From Elusimicrobiota bacterium (GTDB lineage Bacteria; Elusimicrobiota; Elusimicrobia; F11), in assembly GCA_044221725.1 (NCBI GenBank), contig JBGAON010000002.1, positions 384,001 to 448,000 on the forward strand: 64,000 bases of DNA. The letters are read 5' to 3'. The notes beneath the pieces are model-generated. The model was given only the letters and a program-made list of their open reading frames with translations, was not told where the DNA came from and ran no database searches. This document shows positions 1-9,434 of the stretch, piece by piece (the first letter of the stretch is position 1; every line of letters begins with the position of its first letter). A program made the translations under genes and the position numbers.

Positions 1-69
1 GCCCGACTATAAGTCGGTGAATAATCGTTTCACTGGAAAAATTGTGCGAGTGACCGTGGAGCGAAAATA

Positions 70-1122
70 ATGAAAAAAATTATTGCTGGATTTATCGTTG
101 TTCTCGGAGTTGCAACCATCGGGTTCGCACGAACCAACGAATTTGTTGCGAACGATTCTCATTTCCACTTAACGAATTACATTCAAGAAGGAACCGATAT
201 TCATGACTTCTTGAAGATAATGGGCAACAAAGTTGGCCGTGTAGCGCTGTTTGGAATTCCGCTGCAGCAACAATGGTCGGCGCGAGTGTCCGGAACCGAG
301 CAAGCCCCGCAATATTATCTTCAGACAGACGCTCCTCTTTATTATTACTCGTTCACCGACGCGCAGATTGCAATGGCGTACCGCTCACTGAAACCGTCCG
401 AAAAAGCGCGTTTCGATCCCATGATCACAGGTTTTAATCCAACCGACATGTATGCGGCCGACCACATTCGCCGTGTGCTGAAAACTTTTCCGGGCGTGTT
501 CTCTGGGATTGGAGAATTCACGATTCACAAAGAATTTGTCTCCTCAAAAATCGCAGGAGAAGTTGCGAGTCTGACCGATCCTGCGCTCGACCGTGTTTTG
601 CAATTTGCTGGCGATGTGGGTCTGGCCGTTATTATGCACAACGATATCGATACGCCATTTCCAAAAAATGGGGCCGAACCAGTGTATTTCACGCAGGTGA
701 AGGAGCTTTTCAAGCGTCATCCAAAGACAACGATCATTTGGGCGCACACCGGATTGGGACGGATTATTCATCCGGTGAAAAACCACGCGGCAGTTCTTGA
801 AACAATTCTTTCCGATCCGGCGATGTCGCACGTGAACTTCGATATTTCTTGGGACGAAGTGGCAAAGTACATCGTCTCGTCGCCGGAAGCGATAAAAATT
901 ACTGCGGATCTCATCAATAAGTATCCGGATCGCTTTTTGTTTGGCACCGATGAGGTCGCACCGAAAACGCAGGAAGGCTACTTGAAAGTTTACGAACAAT
1001 ACCAACCTCTTTGGGCAGCGCTTACGGCAGAGGCCTCTCAAAAAGTGCGCTTGAAGAATTACGAGCGGATTTTCGATGCGGCACGGCGGCGTGTTCGTGG
1101 GTGGGAAAAAGCGAATCAGTAA
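70..1122 (+). CDS. Secreted amidohydrolase-superfamily (TIM-barrel) metallohydrolase
   Basis: Signal peptide; metal motif DSHFH near the N-terminus, GIGEF, WAHTG and FLFGTD motifs; SD-like GGAG upstream. Confidence 0.8.
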   Translation: MKKIIAGFIVVLGVATIGFARTNEFVANDSHFHLTNYIQEGTDIHDFLKIMGNKVGRVALFGIPLQQQWSARVSGTEQAPQYYLQTDAPLYYYSFTDAQIAMAYRSLKPSEKARFDPMITGFNPTDMYAADHIRRVLKTFPGVFSGIGEFTIHKEFVSSKIAGEVASLTDPALDRVLQFAGDVGLAVIMHNDIDTPFPKNGAEPVYFTQVKELFKRHPKTTIIWAHTGLGRIIHPVKNHAAVLETILSDPAMSHVNFDISWDEVAKYIVSSPEAIKITADLINKYPDRFLFGTDEVAPKTQEGYLKVYEQYQPLWAALTAEASQKVRLKNYERIFDAARRRVRGWEKANQ

Positions 1123-1134
1123 GGAGAACATTAA

Positions 1135-2109
1135 ATGAAATTGATTCAGTTAAAAACAGTTGTGTTCGCGGGAGCTATTTCGCTCTTTGCTCTATCATTG
1201 TCCAGAGGTGAAGGGGTACCTCCGGCACCAGCGTCCGGTGCGGCGCCCACCGCGATACCGGTGGACCAAGGCAAAATGCCTTTCTCCGGAGAAGCCGACA
1301 CGTATCAACGTTCCGACCGTCGCATTTTTCCTTTAATGTCCGATAAGATGCGAGCGGGCATGGCGAAGAGGCAAAAAGAAACGCCCCCGCCTTTCGGCGT
1401 GATGTACATCACCAACTGGATGGATTCCGATTGGAAATTTCAAAGCGCCGCAGTCAATATCGACGGTTCCAATCCGGTCAGTCTCGATGCGGCGGCCGGC
1501 GCAACGATGGATTTGCAAACGCAGACGAATGGAATTAAAGCCGATCTTTGGCTCTTTCCATTTTTGGATGTGATGGCTGGTTTTGGTCACGTTGATGTTG
1601 ATGCACAACTGGGTTTGCGCAATATCCCGATAGGTTTCGATCCGGGAAGTATCGTGCCAGCACGTCCTGCCTCAGCGATTCACGGCGATGCGATCATCCC
1701 GATGAAATTTGGTGGCGATTACTATTCGTTCGGAGGAGTGTTGGCCGGTGCCTACAAAAGGCTTTATGCGGCCACCGATTTCTCTTGGGTTAAAACGAAA
1801 CTTCAAGGCAATGCAAGTTTATCAGCGGATGGTTTTTGGACTTTTACCGCCGCTCCGAAGATCGGTTACAACGCGGGACTCTCACAAGTGTATGTGGGCG
1901 CGCGTTACATTTCGAAAAACGAGCGCTACAAGGGTACCGTTGCGCTTCCCTCGGGAAACAATTTGGGATTTGACGTAGCCATCAAAACAGATTCGTGGGT
2001 TGGTAATTTTGGCTTACGGACCGTGATTCGGAAGCACTGGGAAATCCTCATGGAAAGTGCTCTCGGTAAGCGCTATCAGATCACAGGCGGAATTGGATAC
2101 CGGTGGTAA
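1135..2109 (+). CDS. Putative outer-membrane beta-barrel protein
   Basis: Signal peptide, alternating amphipathic strands, C-terminal GIGYRW beta-signal; SD AAGGAG. Confidence 0.65.
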   Translation: MKLIQLKTVVFAGAISLFALSLSRGEGVPPAPASGAAPTAIPVDQGKMPFSGEADTYQRSDRRIFPLMSDKMRAGMAKRQKETPPPFGVMYITNWMDSDWKFQSAAVNIDGSNPVSLDAAAGATMDLQTQTNGIKADLWLFPFLDVMAGFGHVDVDAQLGLRNIPIGFDPGSIVPARPASAIHGDAIIPMKFGGDYYSFGGVLAGAYKRLYAATDFSWVKTKLQGNASLSADGFWTFTAAPKIGYNAGLSQVYVGARYISKNERYKGTVALPSGNNLGFDVAIKTDSWVGNFGLRTVIRKHWEILMESALGKRYQITGGIGYRW

Positions 2110-2684
2110 ATCGATTTTCGCTCGCGTTTGGAGTCCTTTTGTTGGTTGGCTGCGCCACCATCCCGGGAAAGACGCGGGACGAGCAAGTCATTACAATCGA
2201 CAATCTTGTGGAGCGAACTCTATTTGATCTCGAATCAAAACAACCCGCCGCGAAACAAGAATTAAAAGATTCGGTCGGATACGTGATTATGTCGAACAAG
2301 ATTACGAAGATTCCTGCTTTTGGTGCGGGTGGTGGCTACGGTGTGGCGATTGATAATAAAACGCAACAACGAACATATCTCCGCATGAGCCGCTTCGACA
2401 TCGGCGCCGGATGGGGGGCGCGCAGTGTGCGGCCGGTGGCCATTTTCCAAGACAAAAAGAAGTTCGAAGAGTTTATCGACGGGGCGTTCGAGGTAAAGAT
2501 GGGCGCCGAAGCTTCCGCTAAAGTTGGAGATGCTGGCGCCGCCGGAGGCGCGGGTGGCAGAGACATAGACGCCAAGGCGAAGGGATATACGTCGTATCTT
2601 TTAACCGATGCCGGCGTCTCGGCGACCGCGTCGTTGGCAATAATTCGTGTGAAGCCGGTGAAACTAAAACATGAAAAGAGATAG
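2103..2684 (+). CDS. Ysc84/SYLF-like lipid-binding lipoprotein
   Basis: Lipobox LVGC; GAGGGYGVAID, GAGWGA and GAEASAK Gly/Ala motifs typical of SYLF-like domains. Confidence 0.65.
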   Translation: MVNRFSLAFGVLLLVGCATIPGKTRDEQVITIDNLVERTLFDLESKQPAAKQELKDSVGYVIMSNKITKIPAFGAGGGYGVAIDNKTQQRTYLRMSRFDIGAGWGARSVRPVAIFQDKKKFEEFIDGAFEVKMGAEASAKVGDAGAAGGAGGRDIDAKAKGYTSYLLTDAGVSATASLAIIRVKPVKLKHEKR

Positions 2685-4329
2685 TCGCATAAACAGGTTC
2701 GTGCTCGCGATTCTGCTCGCTGTGGGCGCAAGGGGCTTAATAACCGCGGCTAATGATTCAACTGTTCGGTCCACGAACGATGACCATATCATTGAAACAG
2801 AGGTTGTTCGATTGGATGGAGAGCCTCTCTTTCGCGTGCGCGGAATGGTTGGTTACTCGGCAGAAGAGAGGGCCGACACGATCAGCAAACGTTTGGAAGA
2901 CGTCGCCGAAAGCGTTGATATTTTACCGAACGCCCTGACGTTAGAGGAATTGCCGGATCGAACGAACATCATGGCCGGTGACCAATTCTTGGTCAGTATT
3001 TTCGATTCCGATGCGGGCACGGAGAAAGTGCCACGCTCGGTGATGGCCAGTCGCGCGCGTCTCAATGTGGTTCGGGCCATTGAAAAGTACCGAGAAGATC
3101 GCAAGGCTTCTGTTTTGCTGCGACGTACCGGTATTGCCCTCGTGGCCACTCTGGTTTTTCTGTTTGTGCTTCTTGGTTTCCAGAAAATTTTCGGCGGCAT
3201 CATAAAGATGGCCGAACGCCACGTGAAGACACGCGTGGAGGAACTCGAAACACGTTCGTCCAAAGCGGTGGAGGCGCGACCCTTGTGGGCGACCGTCATG
3301 GGCGTGCTGGGGATTCTTCGGACGATCGTTTTAATCGTCATTTTTTATTTTTATTTGAATTTGATTCTCGGTCTTTACCCGTGGACGCGGCCGTTGGCAA
3401 CGCATCTTTTTGAGATCTTTATTTCACCGCTTCGCACGCTGTTCCGAGGATTTATCAATTCGGTTCCGGATTTCGCGTTTCTCAGTATTCTCTATTTTGT
3501 TGTTCGTTACCTGCTCAAAGTGACGCGGCTGTTTTTTATGGGGATTGATAACGGTACCATTACCATCAATGAATTCGAGCAAGATTGGGCGTGGCCAACC
3601 TATCGTATCGTTCGAATCTTGATAATTTGTTTCTCACTCGTCGTGGCGTACCCGTATATTCCCGGATCCAATTCCGATGCGTTCAAAGGGGTTTCTTTGT
3701 TTGTGGGCGTTTTGTTCTCTCTCGGATCGACGTCGTTTATTTCCAATATGATTGCGGGCATCGCGCTTACCTACCGTCGCGCATTTAAAGTCGGCGATAT
3801 CATTAAAGTGGACAATATGATGGGGCTTGTTACCGAAATGCGAATTCAGGCCACGCATTTGCGAACCATCCACAACGAAGCTGTCATTATTCCGAACACA
3901 TTGATTGTGAATAGCAACATTACAAATCACAGCATTCTTGCAAAGAAAGATGGTATCGGTTTGCACACGACGGTTCGAATTGGCTACCAAACGCCATGGC
4001 GGCAAGTGGAAGCGATGTTGCTGATCGCGGCCGACCGCACCGCTGGTTTGCGTAACGACAAGAAAGCGTTTGTTCGTCAGCTTTCGCTGGATGAGTTCGG
4101 AGTGCTGTACGAACTCACCGCCTATTGCGATCAGCCGCTCAAAATGATCTGGCTTTACAGTGATCTGCACAAGAACATTCTCGATGTGTTCAATGAGTAC
4201 GGAGTTCAAATTATGACGCCGGCCTACGAAGGGGACCCCGAAGCACCAAAGGTGGTGGGAAAAGACAAAATGTTTGCGGCGCCGGCAAAGAAGGACACTC
4301 CCAACGCAGCTCCTTCTCAACAGTCCTGA
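2671..4329 (+). CDS. MscS-family mechanosensitive channel with N-terminal periplasmic extension
   Basis: TM helices followed by SNMIAG...RAFKVGDII, IIPNT and FNEYGVQIMTP motifs. Confidence 0.9.
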   Translation: MKRDSRINRFVLAILLAVGARGLITAANDSTVRSTNDDHIIETEVVRLDGEPLFRVRGMVGYSAEERADTISKRLEDVAESVDILPNALTLEELPDRTNIMAGDQFLVSIFDSDAGTEKVPRSVMASRARLNVVRAIEKYREDRKASVLLRRTGIALVATLVFLFVLLGFQKIFGGIIKMAERHVKTRVEELETRSSKAVEARPLWATVMGVLGILRTIVLIVIFYFYLNLILGLYPWTRPLATHLFEIFISPLRTLFRGFINSVPDFAFLSILYFVVRYLLKVTRLFFMGIDNGTITINEFEQDWAWPTYRIVRILIICFSLVVAYPYIPGSNSDAFKGVSLFVGVLFSLGSTSFISNMIAGIALTYRRAFKVGDIIKVDNMMGLVTEMRIQATHLRTIHNEAVIIPNTLIVNSNITNHSILAKKDGIGLHTTVRIGYQTPWRQVEAMLLIAADRTAGLRNDKKAFVRQLSLDEFGVLYELTAYCDQPLKMIWLYSDLHKNILDVFNEYGVQIMTPAYEGDPEAPKVVGKDKMFAAPAKKDTPNAAPSQQS

Positions 4330-4338
4330 GGGCATCGA

Positions 4339-4764
4339 GTGTTTTGGTTGCTTTTTATCGTTCAGACGGTTGGCGCCTGCATCATGTTGTGGAAAGGTGT
4401 TCCTTTTTATAGGGATTTTATGGATCCCAATGTTCAACCTGGGGCTCCAACATTTGTTTGGGCATTGTTGGTGGTGATATTGATTCAGCCGGCATTTTGG
4501 TGGGGGCGCGTGCACATGCCGGAGCTCCGTCCACCGAGCACGTCACGGAGTTTGGTCGGACATCTTGTATTGTTCGTCGGTCGTTTGATTTTTGTTTTTG
4601 TGGGTGGGCTTTTTTCGGCGTACTTTTATATGCAAAAGGCGCAGCTGGAAATTGGCTTCGGGATTTTGATGTTGATTGTTATTTTGTTCTCAATGTTTTG
4701 TTACACGCTTGAACTCGAGCGGCTGGGAAAAAATCTGATTGGGGAAAACAAAAGTGAAAATTAG
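4339..4764 (+). CDS. Hypothetical 4-TM membrane protein
   Basis: Four hydrophobic segments; packed tightly within the operon. Confidence 0.6.
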   Translation: MFWLLFIVQTVGACIMLWKGVPFYRDFMDPNVQPGAPTFVWALLVVILIQPAFWWGRVHMPELRPPSTSRSLVGHLVLFVGRLIFVFVGGLFSAYFYMQKAQLEIGFGILMLIVILFSMFCYTLELERLGKNLIGENKSEN

Positions 4765-5122
4765 ATCTTTGGTAATTTTATCTCTGTTGGCACCGGCACT
4801 TTCATGGGCACGGCCTTATCACGAGTCGCCCAAAGGTCCGTGTGAGCAAGAATTGGAAACCTATTGTTCGCAAGTTCATCCGGGCCAAGGCCGCACCGCG
4901 GATTGTTTGAAACGCTATGAAGATTCGCTGTCGCCGGAATGCAAAGAATATTTAAGGACCAACAAAACCACGATTGCTGTGTTGCAGGACACCTGTGCCG
5001 CGGATATTAACGAGTATTGCCACGATATTAAGACAAGCTACCGGCGCATTATTCGTTGCCTGGACGAACACAAAAACCAAGTGTCTCACCAATGTTACGA
5101 GCTCATTAAACCGAAAAAATAG
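4754..5122 (+). CDS. Secreted cysteine-rich repeat protein (GLG1/Cys_rich_FGFR-like)
   Basis: Probable GTG start at 4754; signal peptide; two units of C-x7-C-x12-CL-x9-C. Confidence 0.75.
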   Translation: MKIRSLVILSLLAPALSWARPYHESPKGPCEQELETYCSQVHPGQGRTADCLKRYEDSLSPECKEYLRTNKTTIAVLQDTCAADINEYCHDIKTSYRRIIRCLDEHKNQVSHQCYELIKPKK

Positions 5123-5130
5123 AACTTCTT

Positions 5131-5157
5131 CGGCGATTTGACGGTTGTCGCCGTTTT
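5131..5157 (+). terminator. Possible intrinsic terminator ending the 70-5122 operon
   Basis: Stem CGGCGAT/GTCGCCG followed by TTTT just after the stop codon. Confidence 0.45.
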
Positions 5158-5203
5158 CGGCTACCATCCTGTTCCCTCCTAAACGTATCCAGGAGATCCA
5201 ACC

Positions 5204-5617
5204 ATGAAAGAGCAAAAATACGTAACCGAAAAGTTGTTTAAGAGAGAGATTAAGAAAATCCATTCGCGCTTCAAGAGTAGCGGCTCAACCTTTAAAAGTA
5301 TGGATTCTAGGTTCAAAAGTGTTGATTCGAGATTCAAAAATATTGATTTAACGTTCAAAAGTATCGATTGTAGGTTCGTGGAAATGGATCAAAAATTCAA
5401 TCGTATGGCCCTCTCTTTGATCAAAACTCAAGAGGACGTCGAAGAAATCAAACGCACCATTGCAACCCAAATGATGACCAAAGACGAATTTAATCAGGCT
5501 TTCGATCAAATGTCCCGAAAGCTGGATCTTTTTTTAAATAACACCGACATACATCGCGGCTATATTCACGATCATGAAGTTCGGATCGTTGCTCTGGAGA
5601 AACATATCAACAGTTGA
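5204..5617 (+). CDS. Heptad-repeat coiled-coil protein of unknown function
   Basis: SD AGGAG; seven 7-aa repeats of the SRFKSVD type; C-terminal HEVRIVALEK. Confidence 0.7.
   Translation: MKEQKYVTEKLFKREIKKIHSRFKSSGSTFKSMDSRFKSVDSRFKNIDLTFKSIDCRFVEMDQKFNRMALSLIKTQEDVEEIKRTIATQMMTKDEFNQAFDQMSRKLDLFLNNTDIHRGYIHDHEVRIVALEKHINS
5264..5410 (+). repeat. Seven degenerate 21-bp coding tandem repeats
   Basis: Units such as TCTAGGTTCAAAAGTGTTGAT, TCGAGATTCAAAAATATTGAT and TTAACGTTCAAAAGTATCGAT. Confidence 0.8.
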
Positions 5618-5618
5618 T

Positions 5619-6320
5619 TTAGATATGTTTTTGAAACGTAAAGCCAAACGATAGCGACGAATAGTCGCCGTCCACAATCTGCGCCATTGTTTCGAATTGT
5701 AAAACGGTTCCCTTCGGCGAGGGGAATTCGACTCCGAGAGCTCCCTGAAATTCGTTCCAGCGGTTCACCGCGCCGTCGTAGAAAAACTCGCCCGTGCTAT
5801 ACGGAATCATTCGAAATTTTCGAATGGTCGTGGCGCGTTCGATGCGTAAGCGATTTCGGTAGCGTTTCGACTCATCGTTGTGGAAATAGCGACATTCAAT
5901 GCGGTTTCGGTCATCCACAAGCCAAGCACGGCCCAACGGTTGGCGAACCGTGATTTCGGCTAGCGGTCGATGTTCATCGAATCCGTTGGGATCATCTTTT
6001 AAGTCAGAAACTTGCAAATAGCCGAGACGGAACGTAACACGTTTTGATTTTTCGGCATCGGGATCTTTAAACACGTATCGGCGAAAAAACGAAACAAGGC
6101 CGATATCCAAATCGTATTCGCCCCACGCGCTCGCGAACGCGCCTTTCGATGTGAGCCAATTGCCGGATGCCACGAAGTGGCTACGGAAAAATTTGTTGTG
6201 CGTGACGTACAGATCGAATTGCGGCGCGATGTATTTGTCGGTAGCGAGCACCATTTGTTGCGGTGCCGATGCGACAAAAGTAACGGTTGCGGCGAACAGA
6301 AATTTAAAGAAGCGGCGCAT
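5619..6320 (-). CDS. DUF2490-like outer-membrane beta-barrel protein
   Basis: Signal peptide; EHRP, DRNRIECR, RYRNRLRIE and PYSTGEFFYD motifs. Confidence 0.7.
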   Translation of the reverse strand: MRRFFKFLFAATVTFVASAPQQMVLATDKYIAPQFDLYVTHNKFFRSHFVASGNWLTSKGAFASAWGEYDLDIGLVSFFRRYVFKDPDAEKSKRVTFRLGYLQVSDLKDDPNGFDEHRPLAEITVRQPLGRAWLVDDRNRIECRYFHNDESKRYRNRLRIERATTIRKFRMIPYSTGEFFYDGAVNRWNEFQGALGVEFPSPKGTVLQFETMAQIVDGDYSSLSFGFTFQKHI

Positions 6321-6321
6321 A

Positions 6322-7482
6322 TCAATACCAGAAGCCGAACGCGTACATCTGATTTAAATATCCGCGCGCAGCATCCACTGTGGCGCTAAATCCAATTTGG
6401 TTGTCCCAAAACATTTTCATTTTGAACAGGCGCACTTCCAGGCCGGAAGTGAGATGCCAGCGCGCCGAAACATCTTCGTAGTACGACGGCTCGTAATAGC
6501 TGCCAAGTCGAAGTCTTAGTCGATGCGGGAGTGCTTCCACTTGCCCGCCAACGCGAACGCTGGTCGTGGCGCGAGTGCCGATCGGTTGCTGAACCTGTTC
6601 AAGCACGGATTCAAGGCCAACCGAGTTATGACTTTTTGGAATGACGACAATGTCGCCCGCAATCAAGCATGCATGATTCTTCCAAAAAGGCGCGGACTTC
6701 GTCTGATACGACGTTCCTATTCCAAATTGAGCTGGCTGAACAACTTGATTCGGAATAATTATGCCGTTTACGGTGACCGGCGTGGTGCTCGTGTTGTTCA
6801 GCGATTGATGGGACTCCATTTTCGAGGCATACGACACTCCCCAGCGCATTGCACCTTTGTTCGGGTTCCAGACGAGCCCGGCTTGCCATCCGACCGCTGA
6901 GAGTTTTCCAATGGAAATATCCAAAAGAGATGATTTGATCTTGGTGTGCGTGGAGCGAATTCCGCCGCCCACCGTGAGTTGTTGGTTGAGAAATTGCCGG
7001 CCGCCGACAACCGCAACGCTCGGAATGACATACGTCGTTTCTTTTTCTGAGGTTTCCAGCGTGATGTATTGGCCAATGCTCAATACGCCCAATCCCCAAG
7101 GGCCCCATTGCCCCATAATCCCCAGCGAAAGAATTTTTTGGTCCGCGTTGTACGACGGAATATTACCGTTGTTGTCGAAGTCGTTTCCCTTTACGCTGAA
7201 CAGACCCGTCGTCCAATCCCAATCGAAGGTTTTCGTGGAGCGTTCGTTACGAAACGCAACACCCGCCGGATTGATGTTCAGCGAATTGATGCCTTCCGCG
7301 ACGCCAATGTAGGCGCCCCCAAGGCCAATTTGTCGCGACGATCCGATAATGGGTCCCGTTCGAACGTCGAGTGTGTAATCATTGTTTTTTACTGGGGACC
7401 CGCTGAGTGCGTGTGTTTTCGCGGTCACAAAAAATGTGACCAGGAATAACGTAAAAGAAGCGCAGAACTTTCGGGCTATCAC
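6322..7482 (-). CDS. Outer-membrane barrel, FadL/PorV-like N-terminal signature
   Basis: Signal peptide; SRQIGLGGAYIGVAEGINSLNINPAG motif; C-terminal FGFWY. Confidence 0.6.
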   Translation of the reverse strand: MIARKFCASFTLFLVTFFVTAKTHALSGSPVKNNDYTLDVRTGPIIGSSRQIGLGGAYIGVAEGINSLNINPAGVAFRNERSTKTFDWDWTTGLFSVKGNDFDNNGNIPSYNADQKILSLGIMGQWGPWGLGVLSIGQYITLETSEKETTYVIPSVAVVGGRQFLNQQLTVGGGIRSTHTKIKSSLLDISIGKLSAVGWQAGLVWNPNKGAMRWGVSYASKMESHQSLNNTSTTPVTVNGIIIPNQVVQPAQFGIGTSYQTKSAPFWKNHACLIAGDIVVIPKSHNSVGLESVLEQVQQPIGTRATTSVRVGGQVEALPHRLRLRLGSYYEPSYYEDVSARWHLTSGLEVRLFKMKMFWDNQIGFSATVDAARGYLNQMYAFGFWY

Positions 7483-7567
7483 ACTGCGTTTATAGCGTAT
7501 CGCGAGGGGAAAGGCTGGCCTTGCTGCCAGTTTTTCCTGCGGATGAGTATTCGTTCAGCGAAGAATG

Positions 7568-7957
7568 TTAAGCGTTGTACGCCACACTAATCTTGCAATC
7601 GATTTCGCAGCCGCACAAATCAGCGGCGCTATAAAGCGGTTGCGCGCAACGCGCTTGGCCGCGTCCGTTGGGAAGCCGTTGTCGCACAATGGAATCAATT
7701 TTGCTTTGAAGATTGGTTTCTCCGTCACCGCAACCACCCGGACAAGCGGCCATGAAATTCACGGGATCGCCGGGTCCGTATTCGAGGTGGTCGTCTTGGA
7801 GCACGTGACCTTGCTTATTCGAAAACCGCAGGTCTAAAACCAACCGCTCGATTTCAGGAAAATAATTCTTTAACGGAAGATCGCTTATTTGTCCGCGCTG
7901 ACTTCTCTCTTGATTTTTGTTGGGATTCTTGGTGATCCGTTTCTTTTTGTAGGGCAT
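7568..7957 (-). CDS. Hypothetical Cys-motif (putative metal-binding) protein
   Basis: Basic N-terminus; CPGGCGDG plus C-x10-CGCxxxC; starts 3 nt after the RRM gene stop. Confidence 0.65.
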   Translation of the reverse strand: MPYKKKRITKNPNKNQERSQRGQISDLPLKNYFPEIERLVLDLRFSNKQGHVLQDDHLEYGPGDPVNFMAACPGGCGDGETNLQSKIDSIVRQRLPNGRGQARCAQPLYSAADLCGCEIDCKISVAYNA

Positions 7958-7960
7958 GCC

Positions 7961-8431
7961 TTATCGCCAACGGTCGCCGCGTCCGCCATCTCTGTCACGA
8001 CCTCCGCGGTCGCCCCGGTCTCTGCCGCCGCCACGTCCACCACCAAAGCCGCCGCCGCCTCCGCCGCGGTTACCGCCACCGTATCCGCCACCACCGTAAC
8101 CACCGCCGCCGCGGTTCCCGCCGCCGTAACCACCGCCACCGCCGCCACCTCTGTTGCCTCCGCCACCAAAGCCGCCGCCGCTACGTTTTTCCATCGGACG
8201 TGCTTCGTTAACTGCGATTTGACGACCACCAACGCTGCTGCCATTTAATGCCGCCATTGCGGCTTTTGCTTCCGCATCGTTCGGCATTTCCACAAATCCG
8301 AACCCGCGCGAACGACCGGTTTCGCGATCGGTCACAATTTTTGCACTGCTCACATTTCCATGCGGCGCGAACAGATTTTTAAGATCGTCTTCCGACGTAT
8401 CGAACGGCAAGCTGCCTACAAACAATTTCAT
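7961..8431 (-). CDS. RRM (RNP-1) RNA-binding protein with glycine/RGG-rich tail
   Basis: RNP2 KLFVGSL and RNP1 RGFGFVEM; GGGYGG repeats; SD GGAG. Confidence 0.95.
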   Translation of the reverse strand: MKLFVGSLPFDTSEDDLKNLFAPHGNVSSAKIVTDRETGRSRGFGFVEMPNDAEAKAAMAALNGSSVGGRQIAVNEARPMEKRSGGGFGGGGNRGGGGGGGYGGGNRGGGGYGGGGYGGGNRGGGGGGFGGGRGGGRDRGDRGGRDRDGGRGDRWR

Positions 8432-8511
8432 TTAGTCTCCATTTTCGACGAAGAATTTAAAATCACACGTGCCACCATACAATAAAGGAGCCAATTAATC
8501 TTCGTTGCGCG

Positions 8512-9360
8512 TCAGAAAAAGTATTTCCCGTAGAGTTGCACGCCCGTGTATTGGAAATCTACGTTTCCGCGAACATCAACGTTCGGATAATTGTTGCTGG
8601 TCGCCTGCATAGCAAAACGCATGCTGTCCACGCCCAGGCCGACGCCCAGGTGGCGAATCGGCAAGTATTCAACAGCCGCACGAAGTTGAGTGAGCCTTCC
8701 TGAGAATCCTTGATAATCGATCGCAAAAATCTGCGAGCCCGATCGCAGAAACCATTTTGGCGTAAGGGCCACATCGAGACGCAGTCCAACGACCGGAAGC
8801 GGAGCCGTGAAATTGAGATCGCCCGACGTATTCGTGTTGCCCGTGGACGTAACGCCGAAACGAATTGGCATCACATAGACTCCAAAGACACCGGCCACAT
8901 CCACGCGATCGTCTTGAAGTAGCGAATAACTATAGGCTGTTTCGATGATATCGAGATTAAAATGAGATTCAACATTGCTGCCCGCTTTGATCGTAATCGT
9001 GTTCCCTTCTCGGTCGCGGATGTCAAAGTCTTGACCCACTTGACGATTCGCCGAACGCCTTAGGGCAAACCAGGAGAGGTCGAGTCGATGCTTTCGATTT
9101 TTTGTGAATCGCCAAAAGGACTCCGCCCGAGCGACCGAGGTATGACCTTCGAGTCCCAACACATCTTCAACGTCAACGTCGACTCCCAATCCTGACCCAA
9201 TGCGAACGCCAGAATCGGTGTCGGAAAAGAAAGCGCCGACGCTCAAGCTAAATTTTTCCCATGGATTTTCGACGAGGGCGCTGGGATTGGCCGGCGTGGA
9301 ATCAGCGTAAATCGAAGAGAAGTAGCTCAGGAAAACAACGGTAAATAGGCACTTTTTCAT
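8512..9360 (-). CDS. Outer-membrane beta-barrel protein
   Basis: Signal peptide; APLPVVGL motif, amphipathic strands, C-terminal YGKYFF; SD GGAG. Confidence 0.7.
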   Translation of the reverse strand: MKKCLFTVVFLSYFSSIYADSTPANPSALVENPWEKFSLSVGAFFSDTDSGVRIGSGLGVDVDVEDVLGLEGHTSVARAESFWRFTKNRKHRLDLSWFALRRSANRQVGQDFDIRDREGNTITIKAGSNVESHFNLDIIETAYSYSLLQDDRVDVAGVFGVYVMPIRFGVTSTGNTNTSGDLNFTAPLPVVGLRLDVALTPKWFLRSGSQIFAIDYQGFSGRLTQLRAAVEYLPIRHLGVGLGVDSMRFAMQATSNNYPNVDVRGNVDFQYTGVQLYGKYFF

Positions 9361-9434
9361 ATGATCTCCAACATTTTAATTTGTATGTAGCACATATATA
9401 GAAATAAAGAACGCAAAGGAATACGGGGGGCGTC

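Noticed and set aside
5264..5410. Possible CRISPR or non-coding repeat array
   Set aside because: Contiguous degenerate in-frame 21-mers with no spacers and no cas genes
7889..8248. Ala/Thr/Val-rich alternative ORFs and GCC/ACC repeats
   Set aside because: Shadow frames of the glycine-rich RRM tail
8446..8507. Inverted repeat CGACGAAGA...TCTTCGTTG upstream of the RRM gene
   Set aside because: Long loop, imperfect pairing and no U-tract; cannot be told from chance without comparative data
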